The notes below the pieces were generated by a model, which was not told the origin of the DNA, made no database searches, and saw only the letters and a list, made by a program, of their open reading frames with translations. Below are positions 55,084 to 64,000 of a stretch of 64,000 nucleotides of DNA, piece after piece. A program made the translations under genes and the position numbers. Origin of the DNA: Eledone cirrhosa (Eukaryota); NCBI GenBank assembly GCA_964016885.1, contig OZ024742.1:344906001-344970000 (forward strand), read 5' to 3'. The first letter of the stretch is position 1. Every line of letters starts with the position of its first letter.

Positions 55084-57266
55084 TGTTATGAGTGAGGTCC
55101 GGGTGAGCTGAAGAAAGAGCAAGGCTCAGCCCCGGAGAGCAATCTATGACTGGGGAGCTTTCAAGGAAGCTGATAAGCTACAGGAGAGGTTCACATGGAA
55201 CAGGTTCAGTGTTCTGTGTGGAGAGACAGAGGAGAGAGAGATTGGATGGACTGAGGAGAGTATGACGAGGAGGTACGGGCACTTCATCAATGCAGTGGCG
55301 GAAGCAAGTGAGAGCCTGGTACCGAGGAGAAAGAACAAAAGGAAGCACGTCAGCTCTGCAGACCCAAAAGTGTGTGCAGCCAGAGAACACCTGAAATCTG
55401 CCAAGGACCAATTCTATGCTGATCCTACGACAGAGAGGATGGAGACTGTAGATGTGATGAGGGAGGAATTCTGTACCGCTTACACTGAGGCCAGAGAGGA
55501 GGCACTGATAGAGAAGATCAGAAGTGTGGAGAAAGCGGTTGACAGGTCTGGATGTAAGGAGAGCTGGATGATCATCAACGAGATCACAGGGAAGAAGAGA
55601 AGGTGTTCGAGTCAGATCCAAGGAACAGGGCCTGAGGATAGTAAGAGGAAATTGCTAGACCATTTTAGGACCCTACTAGGAGAGGCGCTCTCCACAGCCC
55701 AGAGCACTGGGGAGATCAGGCGGCTGTTTGAGGAACTGGATGTTGAGACAGAGCCCTTCACCAGAGAGGAGCTTCAGAGAGCCAAGAAGAGGATCAAGGA
55801 GGCAAGGCTCACGGAGAAGATGGAGTGGCATCAGAGGTGATGAACAGGTGTGATTTTGATGATATCATCCTGGGGTTCTGTAACAAAGGCACTGGAGAAA
55901 GGAGTTGCTCCGAATCAGTGGAGGATCAGTACATTGTCCCAGTGCCAAAGAAGGGAGATCTCTCTAACACCAACAACTACAGGGGGATCTGACTGACGTC
56001 ATTTGTGGCAAAGACCCCCAACAGGATGATTCTTAACAGGATCTAGCCTGAGATGGAGAAGAAGCTCAGAGACAACCAGAACGGCTTCAGAGAGGGAAGA
56101 TCAACCACCAGTCACATGCTGATGCTGAGGAGGATATTAGAGGGAGCTAGAGCGAAGTGCCTTCCTGCGGTCATGGTTTTCATTGAATTTAGGAAGGCCT
56201 TTGATTCTGTGGACCGTCACTGCCTAATGAAGATCTTACAGGCTTATGGAATCCCCAAGAAGATAGTGGACCTGATATAACTGCTCTACACCAACACCAA
56301 AGCCCAAGTCATTACACCTGATGGGATAACAGAGTTCTTTGAGATACTCGCTGGAGTGCTCCAGGGTGATACATTGGCTCCCTACCTTTTTATCATCGTA
56401 GTGGACTATTGTATGCGCCTTGCACTGGAGAAATACCAGGACCCTGGCTTTACTGTAGCACCGGCTCAGAGCAGGTGAGTTAAGGCGAAAAAGATATCGG
56501 ATGCTGAATTTGCCGACGACATAGTTTTGGTGACAAATACAGTGAAGGAGGCAGATGATTTGATGCAGGAGGTTGAGACTGTGTCGATGAGTGTGGGGAT
56601 GAGAATGAATGAAACTAAAACATAATATCTGGTAGAGAATGTTGAGAAGCCAGAGGGGATCACTAATGTAGGCGGGAAGCCGCTAGAATTAGTTGAGAAC
56701 TTCCTGTATTTGAGAACAAAGATTGGGAATACGGAAGATGATGTGGTTGAGAGGAAGAGCAAAGCCTGGACGGCGTGCCACAGCTTGAGATCAGTGTGGA
56801 AGTCGGACCTTCGTTAAGACCTGAAAATCCGCCTCTTCATTGCTGTAGTGGAGTCTGTGCTGCTGTACGGGTCTGAGACTTGGACACTGACCAAGAAACT
56901 CACTCAGATGGTGGATGGGTGCTACACGAGAATGCTGAGGATGGCTCTGAACATTAATCAGTATACACTGAGGATGAAAAACTCAGAGCTGTATGGGAGC
57001 CTCCCAAAAGTCAGCTCAAAAGTGACACAAAGGAGGCTGAGGTTAGCTGGACATGCTCACCGACATCCAGAGTTGACGTTGCACTCAGTGCTCCTGTAAG
57101 AGCCCCTACACACTGGAAGTGGAAGACCAAGGTTAACGTATGTTGATGCCTTAAGGACAGAGACTGGTCTATCGGAGACGCTGGACATGGCAGTGATAAT
57201 GAGGGACAGAGACGGATGGAGAGAACTCGTCCATGGATCTCGGGAATTTTACCCGCCCTAGAAGAA
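55084..57266 (+). mobile_element. RTE-clade LINE, 3' segment (linker + reverse transcriptase), decayed
   Basis: NQNGFREGRST, FRKAFDSV, GVLQGDTLAPYLF, EFADDIVL, ESVLLYGSETWTLTK, RRLRLAGH, MRDRDGWRELV; stop at 57259-57261, then a short GAA tail and microsatellite. Confidence 0.92.
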
Positions 57267-57362
57267 ATATATATATATGTGTGTGTGTATGTATGTATGT
57301 ATGTATGTATGTATGAATGTATGTATGTATGTATGTATGTATGTATGTATGTATGTATGTAT

Positions 57363-57971
57363 GTCAGGTCACCAGTTGGTGCTACTGGTAACATGTATCC
57401 CAGTACAACCTGTCTCATGGTCGGGTCGTTGGCGACTAAACTGGCAACCCCACCAAGTTTTCTTGGTGAGGAGGGTGACTTTGGACATCCTGCGGGACTA
57501 AAAACAAAACCTGTCAAAGGGCAAAGGAGCTCTTAAGAGTCAATGGCCATCCAAAATCACCGGGAGAGATGACCCCTTAGCCTTTGTCAAGGCAGAATTC
57601 TAGGAGAAGAAAAACTCTGATATAACACCTGCAACTCTGATGGTATCCAATGATGTTGACTTGTTCTTCTTTTTGGTAAATATCATCTTGGTTAAGAGAG
57701 TGGGACTGGCTTTGTGCAGTGCCTTTACTCACTATAAAAGCTTCACGGCACAGGCATTGCTTTATATCTGGAGATCTCTCTGCACTTGTCGTCACATGGT
57801 ACCATGGGCCCAGCACTATGTGTCAATAATTGTCACAAGTGTAGTGTTTGTACCAGAGTTTTCAAGTCGCTGGCTGGACTAAAAAGTCACACTTGTTTAG
57901 CGCATCGGTAGGGGTTCTCCTACATGGATATAAAGTAGTGGCCGTACTCGAAAACGAGTTGGCAGCCACCA
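57363..57971 (+). mobile_element. ~610-bp non-autonomous RTE-derived (bipartite) element
   Basis: RTE-5'UTR-like motifs as recalled (GGCGACTAAACTGGCAACCCC; TCTAGGAGAAG.AAAACTCTGATAT) fused to an ORF tail encoding a C2H2 finger ([22 protein letters not shown]) and terminal hairpin ACTCG-AAAA-CGAGT; microsatellite flanks. Confidence 0.75.
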
Positions 57972-57992
57972 TATACATATATATATATATAC

Positions 57993-58746
<754 letters not shown>

Positions 58747-59277
58747 TATACACACATATATATATATATATATTGTTGAGCAAAAATTTGCCAGAACTAC
58801 TGCTATGGTTCATGGTAGTAGTCAGGCTCCTGTCTTATTAGCACCCCACTCCTCACTGATTAACCTCAGTGTCACGTGATTGATTCTTTTGAATTTGCCA
58901 TCGACCAAGTAGGCAGTGATTTTTTCAATGTCCTGGAATTTAGTCCCCGCTCTCTTTTTTCCATCCACTGAATTATTTTTGTATAAGTTCCCTGTGTCGA
59001 CGCATTGCCTGGGAACTTAGCTGAGAATAGACTACCTGATGACGTAAAGATTTTCTCTGGTTCCAATCCGAAACCATGTTTTATTCCCTTACAGAAACTA
59101 ATTAGTTGGAGTGAAATTTTAGTAAGTAAGTTGATTTTCAGAATTTTCTTATTTTACGTCTTTCATATAATTGTTCTGCATCCCCTTGCATTGAACCACA
59201 AAGTTACTAAGACAAAACCTATATATTTGCTGGCATAGGTATGCATCTGTATATATATGTTGGTAGATATACTAATT

Positions 59278-59327
<50 letters not shown>

Positions 59328-59896
59328 GAAGAGATATAGAGGAGGAATCGATCCCAGTATCTCACTTATCTTATCGACCTTGAATGGATGAAAGACACCT
59401 CGGTTATACTCATCAAAAGTAAACAAGGAAAAGGAAGAAAGTTCCATCAGAGAGACAAACTTTAGTAGAAACTCTGGTAGTTTTGTACCTTAAACAAAAC
59501 ATTCAGAATGAATTGCACCACTTCATATATTCAATTAAGTATATCATAACAGTGAGATTCTAAAGACGGTGTTAAACGATTTTGGTACAAATAATTATTC
59601 ACGACTGAGAAATAATAATGAGCATTCATAATATAATGATTTATGTTTGAAATACAGAAACAGCTGAGATTTAAGTATTTACATGTTTAATAACTATACA
59701 TTTCCATTTTCTACCGACAGGCATAATTTACATGTATTATAAATAGACATGCTATTATCATTAAAATATACATAAGTCATGCTGTAAAATTGTCCATTTA
59801 TAATGTTCAGAATTCCAAATATAATTCGATGGATTTCAGCCGTTCAATTTTATAAAAACCTTCGACAATTTGCAGATAGCAGCGTTATGCTTTCTT

Positions 59897-59949
<53 letters not shown>

Positions 59950-60237
59950 ATGATGATGATGACCGAAATATATCCTCATTTATTATGATTCCAAGCATAA
60001 TTAGGTGCCCACAGTGAACTGAAGTCATCTCTACAATGATCAATAATTCAAAGAATTATTTCAGTCTTTCCGTTAAGCAGAGTAAGTGTGAGTGATTTAT
60101 TGCTTTTCTATAGAGAGTTATGAATGTTGAATCTCATGAGAGGATTGTATCCGTAAATACAATAGGATTTTAACTTGGATTCGAATCTTGGTTGCGATTT
60201 CTATTCATTGAAATTCGCATTGAACCCTTCATTATTC

Positions 60238-60403
<166 letters not shown>

Positions 60404-60433
60404 CGCATATATATCACGTTTATGTTTAGTGTA

Positions 60434-60502
60434 GAAATGGCTTCTACAGGACTAGAACTGTTTCATTGATTGAAACAGTTCTACTCATGTAGAAGCCATT
60501 TC
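60434..60502. repeat. 32-bp-arm hairpin made of two inverted HHR 3' halves
   Basis: GAAATGGCTTCTACAGGACTAGAACTGTTTCA-TTGAT-TGAAACAGTTCTACTCATGTAGAAGCCATTTC (2 mismatches); arm matches ~27275-27300. Confidence 0.85.
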
Positions 60503-60576
60503 ATTATTAAACATGATGTTTACATTCTACTAATTTATTGAGTATCTTACTCATTGTGGTTATCCCCGATTTCACT

Positions 60577-60581
<5 letters not shown>

Positions 60582-60662
<81 letters not shown>

Positions 60663-60668
60663 TCTCTC
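60582..60668. repeat. (CT)n microsatellite
   Basis: Seen directly. Confidence 0.97.
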
Positions 60669-61604
60669 ATACACACAGACACATACACACAGACACATAC
60701 ACACGTATATCACTACTTTAAAACTTATAGAGTATTAAATGTTTTCAATTAAACATACGGTATATTGCCAAATATACTATACATACATTCATGTATACAT
60801 CGCTATTTCAGAGCACCAATCCTAATACCTATTTTTTTCTGGACCAGCAATCACTCTGTATAGAATTCTATCTCTCAACCAGCCACTGATTTACAAATTT
60901 TACGTGAGGACGGGAAGCTAAAAAGAATCAATCTTTTCGTTCCTATCAGAAGTTTTCAGCCAACGTGTCTCACACACAAATTATCAAGGGGGGAAAAGAT
61001 AGTCATTAGAAATAGCAGTTCACATTGATATAAAATAGAATGATAGCATTCGGTTCATGTCTCCAAGCTAGAGAAAACGATGGTAACAATGGTAGTGCCA
61101 AGAACCTTTAACGGACTTTAAATGCGATCATCCATTATAGAGCAATATAGTAGCGAGCTGAAATGTGTCAGCCGCGTGCGTATATAACCAGTCTATTTCA
61201 CAACTTAAAAGAGTGAGAGACAGAATTAATAGCAGGAAAAAAGAGTGCATATCAAAACAAAAACACAATAAAAAGTGAAAAATTGTTTAACTTACTCTCA
61301 ATAGTCCGTTAGTTGGGAGATAATAATAATAAGGGTTGACGGACCCACCATATTTATCAATGCCAGTACCGGTTGTATCTCGCCGCAGTCCATGGGCAAT
61401 GTAAGATACAATACCAGAGTATACACATAGTCATTTGCCTCAACACAACACACGTAAAACGGGTGCCTATAAGGACCCCGGACTCGAGTTTCTGCCGCAC
61501 TAATGCAGCAGTAAGGTGCACTGCACCATCTGTCTGCATATATTATGCCACAATGCACAATCGGCTTATATATATATATATATATGTGTGTGTATATATA
61601 TATG

Positions 61605-61689
<85 letters not shown>

Positions 61690-61691
<2 letters not shown>

Positions 61692-63274
61692 CCACCGCAC
61701 CAATCCCCGCCTTTTCCGACGCTTCCAAGCCGACCCCTCCACCTCCCCCATATTCCCATCGCCACCCCCTTCAAACATGCGCCTAATCTCCGCTCCCTCC
61801 TCGTCCGCAGCTCCCTACTCCCCAAACCACGTTCACTTCCCCCCCCCCCCCGATTCCCTTCCCTGCTCTAGGCCTCGCTGCCACACCTGCCGCCACATCA
61901 CCAAATACCACCACCTTCCAGTGTCCCAACGGCCACTCTCTCTCTGTCCGGCACGCCTTCTCCTGCACCTCCTCCAACCTCGTCTATAGACTTCGCTGCA
62001 CAGAGTGCAGCGCAACCTACATTGGACAGACTGGACGTCGCCTGGCGGATCGGTTCACAGAGCACCTCTGCGACATTCGTCTCTGGGGGAGTTCTCCCAT
62101 CACCCGCCACTTTGGCTCCCCTGGACATTCCTCCCACGTCCTCACCGTCTGTGGCCTGATCCAATGCCATGGGACACCCGCCACCCGCCTTACGGTCGAA
62201 CAACACACCATCTTCACCCTACACACCCATACCCCCCCGGCCTGAACTCCCCACTCCTATTCCTTAAGCCTTCGACCGCCCCCCCCCCACACATCCCCCA
62301 TTAATACCACTAACACACTTCTCAGTTTCACCGCCCCACCCCCTTGGCCCACCCCACGACTAATAATACTAACTCCCCCAACCCACCTTCCCCCTCACCC
62401 ACACACACGATAACACACCATCACACATACACCCACCCACACCTACGTACACACCTATACACCACCCACTCCACACACCGATACACCACCCACTCCACAA
62501 GCCCAACCACCACAAACCCCCACTTACACACCCGCATTCAACCCCTTCCCCACCACCAGTAATACAAACACCCTCTCTACCACATATACACTCATATCCA
62601 AATACGCACACACACACCAGTACAATACACTCCCTCCTCCGTCCCCAACACCTCTTCTCTCCCCGCTCCACATACACCCCCTCACACACATCCCACTAAC
62701 ACCTCCACTAATATACACACCAATCCGCCACACCACCACCTTCTCCCTCCAACTTTCACACCTATCCCTCCTCTCCCCTGTCCACCGCACCTCCGCACAC
62801 ACAGACACACAGTCCATACCACATGCAAACCCTTTCTTTACCTCTCATCCTCCTCTACTGCTATCTCTTCACCCTGTCTTGACCCTCTGACCACTTCCTG
62901 TTGCGTGCGCACCCCACATCTCTCCACTTCCGCACTACCACACCAGGATTTCACACCACCGGTCATCGTTCCAGCTATCCATTCTACGACACGTGGAATC
63001 TCCAACATCTGGTCTCACACTCCATGGAAATAACTTGGGAACATACACACGAACAAACACATTATTTTCCAACCACGCCACCTACATCCACACCACATAT
63101 AAACACAAACACACACGTGCGTATCCCCACATACACACTCTCAGCCTCCGGACTCTACACAGCCACCCCCCACCCCTTACCATCCACACCGACTTACACC
63201 CCACCCCACCTACTCACCGGTTTCCCTTTTACCTGATCATGGAACCTCGTTCTTCCCCCCAACTCTCACATTTA

Positions 63275-63305
<31 letters not shown>

Positions 63306-63420
63306 GTACACCTACACCCATACACAAACACCATCTTCATCCCTCCCCGCTCGGACCCCCCACCTGCTTCTCCTCTCTCCACCACTCCCCCTACCACCAC
63401 CCCTACACGCCTCACACCCT
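61690..63420 (+). mobile_element. 5'-truncated Neptune-like PLE remnant: linker + GIY-YIG endonuclease + long C/A-rich 3' region
   Basis: [59 protein letters not shown]...RHF...EQHTIFTLHT..GLN (~61760-62250, frameshifted). Starts right after (TA)n; right boundary uncertain. Confidence 0.8.
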
Positions 63421-63594
63421 TTCACCACTTGTTTATTTTTATTTTTATTTGTATTTTAAAAAGATTGGAGATATGGAAACCTTCGTTTTCACTTTCAAAA
63501 CAACATTCATCGTCGGACGAAATTTCAGAAATATAAACATCAGATTCATTTGAAGATAAATCACTAATATTATTGTTTGTTTCTTGTTTATTCA

Positions 63595-63985
63595 TTAAGA
63601 CTAACTTCCAACATGCGTGCAAGATTGCATGGGGACCCTCTGTCATCAACATTTTCTGGAGACATTCTTACAATAGGAGATGGTAACCTACCTCCGGATA
63701 CAGATGGACACATAGAAATTGATCACATCTGCAATGTAGTTGAAACTGTCGATGATCTCAAGGCGAGTGTATTCCCGAATTTGCGTGATAACTATACGAA
63801 TCTTGATTGGCTATGCGAAAGAGCCATTCTTGCACCCACAAATATCACGGTTAGCTGTATTAACGATCAGCTCCTTCATCTTCTTCCTGGATGTCCACGG
63901 ATATATAAATCTATATATGTGATCCACAGGATGCGGTCAATTATCCAGTTGAATTTTTAAATTCTTTAAATCCTCCCACTTAACC
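63595..63985 (+). pseudogene. Helitron PIF1-like helicase fragment
   Basis: LRLTSNMRA, ILTIGDG, WLCERAILAPTN, YKSI, then after a frameshift DAVNYPVEFLNSLNPP: conserved Helitron RepHel helicase motifs. Confidence 0.88.
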
Positions 63986-64000
63986 TCATAATACATTAGT

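Noticed and set aside
57363-57450. HDV-like or twister ribozyme at the 5' end of the RTE derivative
   Set aside because: P2- and P4-like stems and CTAA are present, but I could not build a convincing P1/P3/L3 by eye; left as an untested suggestion.
58872-59110. Possible coding remnant on the minus strand (GFGLEPEKIFTS...)
   Set aside because: Only a vague resemblance to Polinton polymerase motifs; no diagnostic residues.
61290-61560. Possible tRNA-derived SINE on the minus strand
   Set aside because: A/B-box matches are weak, there is no second copy in the window, and no cloverleaf.
63465-63535. Possible degenerate HHR/pLTR on the minus strand (CCGACGA...GAAA)
   Set aside because: Stems II and III do not pair convincingly.

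Overview
Repeat-dominated eukaryotic (animal) DNA with no recognisable intact host gene. A coleoid cephalopod origin is a tentative guess from recalled SINE-like sequences. About half the window is a 50-bp satellite (1-22365, ~447 monomers; 31971-43284, ~226 monomers) with layered higher-order repeats. A ~21-kb tandem segmental duplication (10951-31970 / 31971-52913) copies part of the satellite plus a 9.6-kb TE cluster. That cluster holds a non-autonomous Helitron, a bipartite RTE-derived element, a decayed Penelope-like element (PLE), and eight hammerhead-ribozyme (HHR)-like motifs of six sequence families within ~5 kb, several in fold-back arrangements between (TA)n tracts. It also holds a degraded RT-less ORF joining a Myb/SANT-like domain, a polyQ/Pro-Ser linker and a PLE-type GIY-YIG endonuclease, followed by its own HHR. 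Downstream lie an apparently full-length RTE LINE with a twin-priming-type 5' inversion, two more bipartite RTE derivatives, a second PLE endonuclease remnant and a Helitron helicase fragment. All calls come from manual reading; no searches or folding programs were run.
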